64,000 nt of DNA from Klebsormidium nitens (lineage: Eukaryota; Plantae; Klebsormidiophyceae), in the NCBI GenBank assembly GCA_000708835.1, contig DF237283.1, positions 37,332 through 101,331 on the forward strand, in the 5' to 3' direction. Positions 13,501-24,600 of the stretch are shown here, in pieces. The notes under the pieces were generated by a model. It saw only the letters and a list, made by a program, of their open reading frames with translations, was not told the origin of the DNA and searched no databases. Both the position numbers and the translations under genes were made by a program. How positions within the stretch are numbered: the stretch's first letter is position 1; each line of letters starts with the position of its first letter.

Positions 13501-13951
13501 CAGATCTGATTTGTCAGATATCATACCAGAGGTCCTGATCACGTGGTAGGTCCTAGATGCTCACAGCTGAAGCCGAAATTGCACTCTCAGACCGGCTTCA
13601 TTAGCTGAAGATCGGACGGCTGTGACAGCGTTTTGGCCATCGGAGCGGGTCTGCGGTCCGCCTGATATTGTTTCATGCTCACCGCCAGCAAGTTCGGAAA
13701 GGTGGCTTTTCGTCTCAAAACCTGCCCTCCAGGTGATCTGGATGAAATGAGTCCACTCGGTTCAACGGTTTGGAAAAAAGTACTTGATATCTAATGTATC
13801 TTCTCGGAAGCTCTAGCGTGAGGATGTGACTAGATGGTGTAAGAACTTGTCGCGGGGTCTTCGAGGACGAAAGAATGGATCCGAAACATTCCTCCCTGAC
13901 AACGTATCAGTATCCTTTTTGATGTAGGTACTGTGCTTCCGAAAACAGTAA
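7597..13951 (+). CDS. Class I SAM-dependent methyltransferase (UbiE/OMS1-like) with probable plastid transit peptide; in-frame TAA at 10087-10089
   Basis: Exons 7597-8331, 8926-9071, 9294-9424, 10052-10197, 11099-11248, 11681-11738, 12062-12162, 12615-12731, 13188-13343 and 13928-13951 are all phase-compatible. Motifs: GIYRAPYDM, PEYYLQHFHWQPGGWL, VLDLACGTGRFL (SAM motif I), VDLSPNYL, ASAESLPF, VYLFHELP, VLEPGG, FHEPYF. The last intron is GC-AG. Confidence 0.85.
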
Positions 13952-14645
13952 CATTTCATAGCGTCATAAAGACATGGATCGCGCGGAAAATCGACTAACG
14001 TCGAGGGCTTGAAAACTACCTCCCTGTGAACAGATGGCGTAGCATGCTGAGGAACTTTGACGTGTCAAAATGAGTGACTAGTCTCCAAAGATCCCCCGAC
14101 AAATGAAGTTTAGATGTACATAAGATGAGTCCAAGCTTCGTATGTCTCGTTCTCCTCAAGTTGAAGCAGTTGCACCAATCGCACACAGATTTGAGTACGT
14201 GCCACTATTATATGAACACGCCAGTCAACGAATAGCATGCTGAAAGGATCCCTGAGGACGTGCGACTGTAGCCACCACGATAACCTATAGCTTCGCAACT
14301 TGATGATTGGCGCTACGGTACATGCAAAGCCCTATCGAGAGCACTAGTCATTGGAAAGCGATGCTTCGACTTGTGGATTTTTCGAGTCGTGTGCGATTGT
14401 CTTCAGACGAAGCGCCGGAAGCTGCTGTTGGCCCATCCTCCACCGAAACGGATGCGCAACTCAGCGACATACTCCAATCATTTGTTCGGCACTGCATTCA
14501 TAAAACCCATGCGCAATGGGCATTTCTACGTTTGCACCTGCAGATGTGAAGGTTTAGCAAGACCCACGTTCACAGGTGAAAGATGCCGTTTCAGTTATGC
14601 TATGTGAAGTACAACCACAAAATCTGAAAAAGCCTGCTAAAGTGC

Positions 14646-16813
14646 TCAATCGGACTCTTTCTTCTCGGCCACTTTCTGGACGAGCCACCCCATGCAGGGC
14701 GCGACTCCCCCGTCCTCAGTCACCCTCACCCCGGGTAATCCGGCGATAAGCTGACAGTCGCTTATGGCCCCATGGTTATCGAGCTTGAAAGGGCACTTCA
14801 CATAACCCTCGGGAATGTCGCTCGCATCGGTTCTCCCCCGTGCAAAGTCTGCCTTTTGCAAACCGCCAGTGTATGGGAAGAAAAAGCGCACCCATCCCTT
14901 CAAAGAGTACTGCCCCCCCGACCCGTAGGATTCTCTTGTAAGGACCTGGCTCCACCATACGCTATCCGGTCTGCCCTCATACGTGCTCAGAAGCTGCTGC
15001 ACAACGGTCTCCAAATGGTCCAGCCACCAGTCGAGGCCGATATCCAATTGGCGGAGGCCACGTGTCTTCTCCAGGAGGCGCTGCCAGTCTTCTTGGGTGC
15101 CGTGCAGGGTCACCTGGTTCGGACGAGAAAGGTTTGGATAATCAGCGTACACCAGCGAGAAATGACGTCACCTCGGGGGTTTTGAATTCACGAAGAGAAG
15201 GCTTGCGAGCCTGCAACGAAACTGCCCTTGCAGTCTCAGCATTCATGCCGCCAGACTCTCTTACCAACTAGAAAGTCTTGTTTCCAACAATACGAGAGCC
15301 AAAGCCGGAAACTCAGAACTCTCATAATCAAATGTTGCTTCTGAGTTCTAAGGAACCTAGCCCGACGCTTTCGTCGGTTGAAAGGAGACGTCAGCTTCCC
15401 CACAATTGAGCCTTTCGACAGAGTCATTTCGAAAATACCAACGAAACGAAGGTAAGACCTCTGGACCAAATACGATCCGCAGCCGATCGGTTGAAGGCTT
15501 GCCGCTTATTTGTAACATGATTGAGAAAGCTTGAATAAGTAGTGGAGAAATCCACCTGGTAGAGGAGCACTTGAAATGATATAAGCTGATGAATTCCGAT
15601 AACTTCCTGATGGAAGCCATGAAGCAGTACTTCAGCTACAAGTTTGAGCTCTCCTGCGGAATCCCAAAGGCAAGTCGTCTCACAGAGGCCAAGCAGTCTT
15701 GGAGATGACGTCAGTGGTGGAGAAGTCGTTCGTCAGCAGCTGACCCGCCCCGGCCTTGACCTTCTTGTCCAGCTTCTGTGTGATAAGGGCGACGCACTTG
15801 GGCCAATCCAGCAGACGTGAGTCGCCTGCGCCAAGGAAGAGGGTGCAGGACGTAATTACACATGATTCCCAAATACTCTTCCTCATTGACTTTTTAATCC
15901 AATAAGGATGCCAAACTGTTCACTTGATGCGGTCTTCAGCTGACAAGGAAGCAATGCATATGGTGGTCAGCATAGCGATCCATTGTCATTGATCAATAAT
16001 AAATCCCGGCAAAATTTTACATGCAGTTCGACATTTGGCAAGTAGTTCCTTAGATGTTAAGGCCATGTGGAGTCCTTGTTGAACAAATGTTCCTTCACTT
16101 TGAACAAACACATCCGATTTGAGGACGCAACTGTGCTGCAGACATATCAGAAGCAGAGTAAAAGCCATTAAACATCTTGATATTCAAAACGTAACTTTGT
16201 CAAGATCATCTACCGCTCTTGTTCACTTGTTTTCAGTCGCAGATTCATGAGCGTCAAGAAAGGTGATAGTAAGCGAAGATAATCATATTGAATCTTTGTC
16301 TGGCAATATTCGAAAATTTCAGTTCGAGGCTCGCCTGGAAGGAAGGAAACATTCACGTTGACCGCAATTTCCTCCTGCCCGTCATGATCAACAAACACCC
16401 GCCGGTATTTCTCCGCGTTCTCTCCGTGCTGCAGATGTCTGCTGACGCCCTGACAGATCGTCAGCCACACGTCATCAGGTCTCAGGTGCAGGTGCAGGTG
16501 TCCACTGTACGCCTTCTCAAAGGCTGCCAGCAGACCATTGTTGCAGCCAGGCCTCTTGAGAACGTCCCCTGGCGAGCAGTCAAAGATGACGTCTTCCTGC
16601 TTCGGGCGCAGGAGCGAAATCCAGCAATTCTTCAGAGGCTCAACAAGGCCGGCGCACTGCCTTGTGTAGTCGCTCTTTGCGCGGCGGAGCTTTCCCTTCC
16701 GCGGCATATTTGCGCCACTCCTGCAGGTCAAACTTTGGTCGCTCGGCAGTGACCTCCGTGCAGGGAGTGAGAGTATCCAGCTCGATGTCGGACGCCAGAA
16801 CTTGGGTGCTCAT
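14646..16813 (-). pseudogene. DUF4419-family gene disrupted by an internal micro-inversion
   Basis: Minus-strand exons 16813-16658 (tentative), 16596-16335, 15825-15693 and 15113-14646. Motifs: NNGLLAAFEKAYSGHLHLHLRPDDVWLTICQG, DFSTTD, VTLHGTQEDW, GWVRFFFPY, IPEGYVKCPF. The intervening LMEAMKQYF..CGIPK segment lies on the opposite strand. Confidence 0.85.
15594..15692 (+). other. Inverted exon fragment of the DUF4419 gene
   Basis: The plus strand reads SDNFLMEAMKQYFSYKFELSCGIPK followed by a GCAAGT donor. The segment is bounded by TT...AA, and flipping it restores KTA|SDNFLM...CGIPK|VTLHGT in frame. Confidence 0.9.
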
Positions 16814-17919
16814 TGCTTCCTCTATTTTATCTGGCGCACTGTCTGTAGAAATTGGGTGCTTCAAGAGCTCGCGAATATGGTTCCATGCACCACAGAAACC
16901 GTCTTATTCAAAACAAAGTTGACTAAGGAGAGAGCCCGGGGAAAGGGTAGGGTCAATTTTGGATTAGGGTGGGTACGACTGCGGAGCGCGTCGTTTCTTG
17001 CTTTAGATCTTTTGGTTTGTTCGATCTCCCGAGCAAAATCCATTGTCAACTTCAAGCACCTCTTTATCTGCCGAAGGGTGACGTACACTGACGTTACGGG
17101 TACGTACCAGGGCTGCAAACCCGGCCCGCTCTGATTGGCCCGACTCGACCACTGCAGCTGACGTGTCACGCAGTTACTGGTTACTGAAGACCATCAATTC
17201 CTGTACGCATCTGTTATCATCCTTGATTTTTGCGCCCTGACAGTATTGGACGGTCCAGATCGCCTCTCGCAGAGAATTGACGGCCAGAGAGCGTAAAGAA
17301 ATGTGGCGGCAGATCTGATGAAAACTGCAACATGACGACTTTCCTAGCCATAGTATCACTTCCTGCCTTTACTCCAGTAATGTGCACCGCTTCAGCGTGT
17401 TCAGTACGTACGTCCAGAACCGATTTGCATCCTTGTGTATGATGGTTTTTATAACAATAATGTACTTGCACATTCTGATTGATCCCAATATAGTATGCTT
17501 TTTGAAGGCGACCGCTGGCAACACATGCGAAGCGGTGGCAGTACCAGCAGACAAGTTGCATCCTTACATATCTGAGTAAGGCAAGTGAAACATACGTTTT
17601 TGACATGGGTCCTCACTCGCAGTTATACTTATCCTTGTTATAAATACAATGCTGTGGATGTAACTTCAGCCTATGATATCGATTTTGGGCGCTCATCGGT
17701 ACCATGATGTGAGGGGTCCGGAAGAAACCTCCCTACGAGGTTTTTGCAAACGGCAGATTTGCACCATGAAAACCCTGTTCAAAGCAGTGCACTAATTATT
17801 GCTCCTACTTAACCACTTCTTAATCAGTCCCGTTCCCGAGGCTGCTTTTTCCGCTACTCCGACCCGTTTCTGCGAACATTGACAGCAATTTGGAGCGCGC
17901 TAGCATCCACTCGCTAATC

Positions 17920-19635
17920 CTAAACTCCCGACGTCCAGTCCCCGGGCGACAGCCGCTCGTCGAAGTCCGCCAGCATCTGCTTATTCAGCTCCTCGTTGTG
18001 CTCTTCCGCCGCCTTATGCTCGAGCGCCTCCTCATACGCGATCGTCTGCCTGCGCAGCAGCAACGTCAGCACGGACACCGCCAGGCTCATTTGGACGGGC
18101 CGTCCGAACAGCGTCCGAACAAAGGATGCGCCGAGGTTTGAGAGTTTAGCGCCGCGGATGGCCTGGCCGGCGACACGTGTCAGCGGGAGGACGAACGGCG
18201 CCGCCTGGAGAAGGGCCCGCCAGGATTGTGTAAACAGTTCCCACTTGGGGATTGGCAGCGGAAGCGGAACGCCGAACGGCAGCGGAAGGAGCACCACGCG
18301 CGAGAAGTCCAGTGTGAATGCGTACGGGTGCAGGCGCCAGTTGAGCACCGGGCAGAGCGCGCATAGGAAGTCGGCCGCGAAGCGCGCGTCCCAGCTGACG
18401 TCACAAGGGGGAAGGCGCGCGCGCGCCGCGCGCGCCATGGTCTCCAGAAAGCGGAAGACGTCCCACAGGAGACTGGCTGCGAGGGCGGCGCAGAGGGCGA
18501 CCTCGAAGCGAGCGGCGAGGGGGCCGTGGAGCCACGTGGCAGCGTTTGCTTGGGAGAGAGAGAGGGAGAGGAACGGAAGGGGCTGCGGGAGAGCGAGAAA
18601 GCACACCGCGTTGAAGAGGAGTACCAGGGTGTCGAGCGCGAACGGGTCTGTAACGCAGTAGTGGAGCGCCTTGAGCTGCGTTACGAACTGGGTGCGGACC
18701 GTGATGGCGTACAGGATGCCCGTGAGGAGGGGCTTGAACACCAGCTGCGCAGCCCCCCTGAAAAGATACGCGGGGAACAAGTTTGAGGGAGGGGTGCTGC
18801 TGGGGGGGTCAATTGGGCTGGGCAGAAGGAGGGGGGGCTTGAGCTGCGACTTCCCTGTGATGGATTTGTAGTAGAACGTCTTCTTGCGCTTGGGGTCGAA
18901 GAGGTTGTGCCATTCTGGAGGCAGGCGTTTGTCACGCGGCTGGAACTGCCCCGCCTCTGCGGCCCGCTCTAGTTCGTACCAGACGATCACCCGCGCGGCA
19001 GTCAGCCAGGTCAAGCAGGTCAGGATAATGTGGGGAAACCACGTGGCGGCCTCCAAGCTGAAGGAGAAACCGATGAAGCAGGCGAACAAGAGCCCGGTCA
19101 CAGACACAGCCGACCACAGAACAGTCAGTGGAGTGGGGCCCCATTTGGTCGGGGGTTGGTGCCCCGAGCTGTCAGAGTCCTTTGGGCTTGTTTGGCCCAA
19201 CCCCTCAAACGCTGAACAAGTCTGCTTGACCCTCTTCGGCGTGTCGGTGGTGCGGATGCTAGGTGACGTTAGGAAACGAGAAGCTGACGCGGAGCTTGGA
19301 CTGATTTTGTTCAAAGTGTGAAACCTTGCGTCCTTTGAGCGGCTTTGGAAAAAGAGAGCTGGAATGCTGCCAGCAGGCGACAATGAAGCGTCACGCGAGC
19401 AAGAAGACGTTTTCGTCATAGATCGTGTATGCCTCCCCCTTTGGATGGTCTGCTTGACGATCTGCGGTGGACAAAGATCCCACTGCTTTGTGAGAGCGTG
19501 TTGAGAAGGGGGCAAGCGTTCTGCATATTGTTGTGCGCTAATGCGTGCGCCACTTGACTGCGGCTGCAAATCATGGTGCAACACTGCAGCCTGTCCCAAC
19601 GCAATGCTGCGTCTGCTGATGGATGCGGCCGCCAT
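17920..19635 (-). CDS. Intronless multi-pass membrane protein with a WW-like domain and probable transit peptide
   Basis: 571-aa ORF starting at ATG with a Ser/Thr/Arg-rich N-terminus and hydrophobic segments. LPPEWHNLFDPKRKKTFYYKSITGKSQLKPP (18832-18924) fits the WW pattern, with Leu at the second Trp position. Confidence 0.75.
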   Translation of the reverse strand: MAAASISRRSIALGQAAVLHHDLQPQSSGARISAQQYAERLPPSQHALTKQWDLCPPQIVKQTIQRGRHTRSMTKTSSCSRDASLSPAGSIPALFFQSRSKDARFHTLNKISPSSASASRFLTSPSIRTTDTPKRVKQTCSAFEGLGQTSPKDSDSSGHQPPTKWGPTPLTVLWSAVSVTGLLFACFIGFSFSLEAATWFPHIILTCLTWLTAARVIVWYELERAAEAGQFQPRDKRLPPEWHNLFDPKRKKTFYYKSITGKSQLKPPLLLPSPIDPPSSTPPSNLFPAYLFRGAAQLVFKPLLTGILYAITVRTQFVTQLKALHYCVTDPFALDTLVLLFNAVCFLALPQPLPFLSLSLSQANAATWLHGPLAARFEVALCAALAASLLWDVFRFLETMARAARARLPPCDVSWDARFAADFLCALCPVLNWRLHPYAFTLDFSRVVLLPLPFGVPLPLPIPKWELFTQSWRALLQAAPFVLPLTRVAGQAIRGAKLSNLGASFVRTLFGRPVQMSLAVSVLTLLLRRQTIAYEEALEHKAAEEHNEELNKQMLADFDERLSPGDWTSGV

Positions 19636-20782
19636 CCTGATGTGCGCCTACATGCTCCTGTATCCTACCACTGCCAGGTTAGAGAAATGATCATGATGCG
19701 CGCAACGCAAGCTTCCACTCTAACGGCGCGGCCGGCCTGCGGAATGTGCGGGCGGCGCGGCCGCTGCCGCTCTCCCGTGTTAAGTTCGATCGCGCAAATT
19801 GCCAGGGTTTGACTCCGCCATCGACGGTCATCGTGATTGATATGCTACTCCGTTGGATGGATTGCAATCTTCGAATCCAGCGGTTCTCGGAGCACAAGGG
19901 TTTTGCGTATTGAAGTCGATCCTAGACCATTCGATCCATCTCATCCGGCGGTTCAAGATGCACTGAGGGGACGCCCGCGCCAAGGAAAATACAAATTTGA
20001 GTGAGCGCGAGACTCCGACTGGCGCGGAAACAGGTGTTTCCAGCGTGCGGGCAGCCCACATTCCCTCCAGTTTCGCTGGAGCCTACCTAGCCTCAATTTT
20101 CTGAGTTCGTGAAGGATGTTGGCCAAGGATGAAAAACAAAGTCAGATACGGTTTTGGGATACCGTATTTGGCAGGTGCCTGATGAAGAGTCAAACGCCCA
20201 TGCAGACTTCTGAGAAGGGTGCAGTGTTGGATATTTCTTCAGCCTTCAGATTTAGAAGCTGATCTGGACATCATTCAGGGGAATAGAGTGGTGCACTTGC
20301 CAGGGTGAGTAGTTAGGCGGCAACTGAGGGCGCTCTAGATAGTTCACAATTCTCTCGGGAAAGGAGTGCTGGTCTGTTGAATGGTGTGAGGGAGGTGTTA
20401 AGCATCCGGCGGCCGCGCCAATTGCACCACCCCCTGGAAGGAAGGATCACTGAGACTGATCAAGAGTGCCACTTGATCAGGAGTGAAATGCTGTAAGCGG
20501 ATGCGGGACGCGTTTGAGAGCAATGCAGATGCACTAAGCGTGCACTGAAGCAATCAGCCTTACTCACAAGCATTCCGCTCTTTCTGCGCTAATTGGTTCC
20601 ATCACTCACCTTTGTGCACTCACTCCAAGCGTCCAGCAGACTGTATGTTAGCGCCAGTCTGATCGATCATTACGACTCCAGTGTCAACAGCCAGCTACCC
20701 AATTGCCTCTTCTGAGGTCACAATCAAACACCTTCTGGCTCCGGCATGTGGACACTGCTCCACAAACTTCTGAGCTTTGCTT

Positions 20783-20790
20783 TTTCCCGC
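20783..20790 (+). promoter_or_regulatory. Canonical E2F site TTTCCCGC upstream of the DEL start codon
   Basis: Exact match to TTTSSCGC, about 830 nt 5' of ATG 21616. A single 8-mer can occur by chance. Confidence 0.3.
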
Positions 20791-21615
20791 CGCTGCGCAT
20801 GAGGTCCAGTGACTTTGCGGTCGAACGCTCAATTTGAGTCGATCATCAGAACAGGCCAGCTGTGGAGACTTCTGAGAGACTCCTCACAGCGAGCAAGCAA
20901 GGTTAGTTCACAATTGCATCGGTGTGGCAGTTTAGAAGTTGCTGGCATCAGGTGTGCACTGATGCTATCTTCACTGCTTTGGGTTTGTCGTCTGGAGTAG
21001 AGAATTGGATCTGGTTCAAGCAGAAGGATATTGTCAGCTATTGTAAGCGCTCTTTGGGTTTGATTAAGAGACTAACGCTGGCTTCAGGATCATGACAAGG
21101 ACTTTTCAGCTGCTTTGAAGTATATCAGCAGTCACACTGCTTGGCCATGCAATCAAACATGCCCATGTGCTTCATTCATGTCTGGACTTTCGAAAGGTTT
21201 GATGAGCGGTGCTTATGATCTTTGAAAGGCCAGAGCAAACTCAAGTGCTCTTGGTCTGGAAATGCTGTTTCGGTGTCTCAATGCATTCTAACGGGAAAGT
21301 TTGAAAGGTGGGGTTTACATGGTTACGACCACCTCCATGGAATCGTCCTATGAACAGGCTGTTTGACACAGGGCACGGATTGTGTTGAACACTTGCTGAA
21401 CAGGATGCTCAAGGTTCTTCCACACAGTTTGCCTGTTTAGGTGGATCAATGCTGATGGTCTCAAAGGGTCAAGGTGATGTACTGTCTGAACAAGCTTTGG
21501 GTCACTAGTTCACAGAGCAGCATCGGCTGCCACTGATTGTGCCAGAGCTATCAGATTCCCTGAGGTTTGCTTCCTTTTTCCTCACAGGTTGCTTATACGC
21601 TAATAAAGGAGCCAG

Positions 21616-24600
21616 ATGGGGTCGCACGCTGAAAGGAGCTCGCAAGACGACTTCCCTCTAGCCTTCAAATGCGGCCGCCGGCGGACCAGCTTTCCCCCGC
21701 CGAGCCAACTGGACCTCCCCACCCTAGTTACTCCAAAGGCAGCCACCGTCGCCGGAGCGCCGGCCCCGAAGGCTGATGCCACCACAACTGGCAGCCAACC
21801 AGGTTGTGACACCTGGCAGAGCGTGGAGGCACCAGAGCCTAGCATAGGCAATTCTCTGCCCGTTGACGAGGGGTCCAGCCAGGAGCATGTTGAGAGCACG
21901 CAGCTAGAAGAGAGGCCGGAGAGGACATCGCTAGCAGCGAAGAGAAAGACCTTTTCAGGGGGTCCTGCCGCAGATTGTATGTCGGGTCCCCTAGAGGATC
22001 AGGGGCACTTGGAACCGTTTCCGCCGAACGGTGTCAAGCGGCTCAGGGTAGGGCACGCCCTTCAGCTGCTTGACACCAACCTTCCGACGCTCCGCCCGGG
22101 GAGTGCTCTTTCCAAGGCAAACCCTTCAGAGCTTCCAGCGGCTAGCGCGTCAGAGGGGCCTGCTGAGGTCAGTGCCGATGTCAGCGGACGTCGCGGGAAG
22201 GGCCGGAAGGGGGGAGTTCCTAAGGTGCCCGTAAAGGAGGAGGATGGGGGCGAGTCGGACTCGATTGCGGAGGAGGGGGGGCTGGCATACTGTCGGAAGG
22301 AGAAGTCTCTTGGGCTGCTATGTGACAAGTAAGTATGCACTCCCTGTGGGGTTAATCGAGAGTCTGGCAATAATAAGCCAAGTGGGAACTCCACGTTTGG
22401 ACAAAAGTGTTGCAAGGTTTGTGTGGGCGAATGCTGTACAGAGGCTAGAGAAGAGTAGCTGTTGCAGCTTGTTGAGGATTGAGGCGGATGACCAGAAAGG
22501 TTGAAGTAGCAATCCTCCTTGCATATGTCAAGGCACAGCTGATTCTGACAAGATTCGATACACTCTTCATGCCCAGGAGGCTTACCAAGCTCAGCCAAGC
22601 AACCCATCGAGCTGCCAGTCCTCCCAGCACAGGTCGCTCATAGATATAAGTTTCTAGTGTCCAGCCAATAAAGGTTCAGGGAAGGCTGCTTCCTAACTGA
22701 GTAGCACTCTTAAGCAACCTTTCCTTAAAACACCACTATAAGTGACTGGACTCCACGTCCTTTGCAGCTTCATGAGCATGTACACAAGTGCCCAGTACGA
22801 GTTCGTGATCCTCGACGACGCAGCAAGGAAACTAGGTTAGCAACTGAATTTCGAGCTCAACTCTTTCACAATGGTATCCTTCTGCTAGATGTTTAGAGAG
22901 CCCTCGATAAAAAGGTGACGGCTTGTGACTGTTAAAGCTGAGAGGATGAAACATGCAGCTTTGAAAGGTTTCTATAACAGTTCAAAAGAGACCCAGCTTT
23001 TTAGGACACCTGGAACTATGACGGCAGAAAGGTTGGTTCAACCGTAAAGTCACAATTCAACCATGAAGTCACAATTGCTTCTCATCTCTGCAATGAAGTG
23101 CCACAAACCAACAACTGGGTGCTGGGTCATTCTGAGAGCCAGATTACATAATTGCTGTAACCTGATAACGTCTGCTTTCCTGACTCTGAACTTCTGTTTT
23201 GCAGGGGTTGAGAGGCGCCGCATCTATGACATCGTCAATGTTCTCGAAAGCATGCAGGTGTGACTCTGTTCCCTTATGCTATTGCTAAGCTCGTCTTTCC
23301 AGTTGGGGTCCAACTGCTTCTGGGCTTGTGTCGCTCCCTGCTATTTCTTTGTTACAACTGTGAGCTGGGAAAAAAGCTAGCGCCTCATTGCTCGCTATTC
23401 TTCCTAGGGCCGGCAAGTGTACCTCAAAACCTTGAGATGCCTCCCACTATGTTCTGACGGCAATGAAGTGCAAGGCAATCGCACTACCATCTCCATCCGT
23501 CCTTTTTTAACGGAATATCTCCCAATCCGTATGGCAATCCAAAGCCTCATATCTCGTAGGGGGTATTGTAGGGGTCAGCAACGTGACTTTCGATCCTGAA
23601 TACTCCTTGATCCACTTCCACTACGATATCTCCTCAGCGGGTGATCGAGAGTGAAGATAGGTTCTGACTTGAGAGACTCAAACACCAGCTGCTCCTTGTA
23701 CTCTTGCTTCTAAGCCTTTGGCGTGGTTTCTGACTGCCCTTTCCTGCTGCTGTTTTCCTTCAGGTGGTCGTTCGGAAGGCGAAGAACCGGTACACGTGGC
23801 ACGGCCTTGACAATCTGCCGTGCGCACTCGCTCAGATGAAGGTAAGTTGCACCGCACTGCATGTACAGATCCTACGGGAAAGGACTCAGAACGGAAGAAG
23901 TCAAACTCGGGGAACCTTGCTTGAATCATTCCGGCAAAGCGATCATCGCTTCTCCCAAGCCCACAAGTTAGAACGGTTCGTGAGTGCTTCGGCCACAGCT
24001 AAATTCCAACTCTGTGGCAATAGCAGTGATGAACCCGTAAGGCCAGAGGTTTTGTTACATCGCTTGCTGACTAAGCTATCCGCTCCGCTTTTAGGAGGAT
24101 GCGTTGCGGAAGGAGGGCGGGCTGGCGCAAGCGTCAGCAATAGCGTCAGCGCTCAGTCGCGAGCGCTCGATGGTCAGTTGCTCAAGCCTTCTCTCGCTCG
24201 TTTTCTTCTCGCTTTTAGTCGCCTGGATTTGGTTATTCGCCCTAGTTTCCCTAGCTTCTTGAGAGTGGTCTCCATGATGTTTATTCAAAAACAAAATGAT
24301 TTTGGAAGACTGGCGCAGGCTTCTCACGAGGTGCTCTCATTGTTAGGACGAAGCATCTGTCTCACGACGAACGAAAGCACCTGTCTTCTTGCCGGCGGAA
24401 AGCTGAACGGATCTGCGTCGACTTTCGTAGTCCTGTGTTTCGCTGCCCGTTCGACGCGTCTGAAAATGCCAGAAGCTTCTGTCTTCGGACCTTCTGAAAA
24501 GCCAGGACTACCTTCAATCCTCAGTTCTTTTGACGTGCTTGCCCATAAGTCTCGAAAGCGGCCGTCATGCAAGCAAACGCCCACGAAAAGCACCAAGCAA

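Noticed and set aside
13733-13750. Alternative last exon VIWMK* for the methyltransferase
   Set aside because: The exon at 13928-13951 (VLCFRKQ*) has a better acceptor and fits the family C-terminus better.
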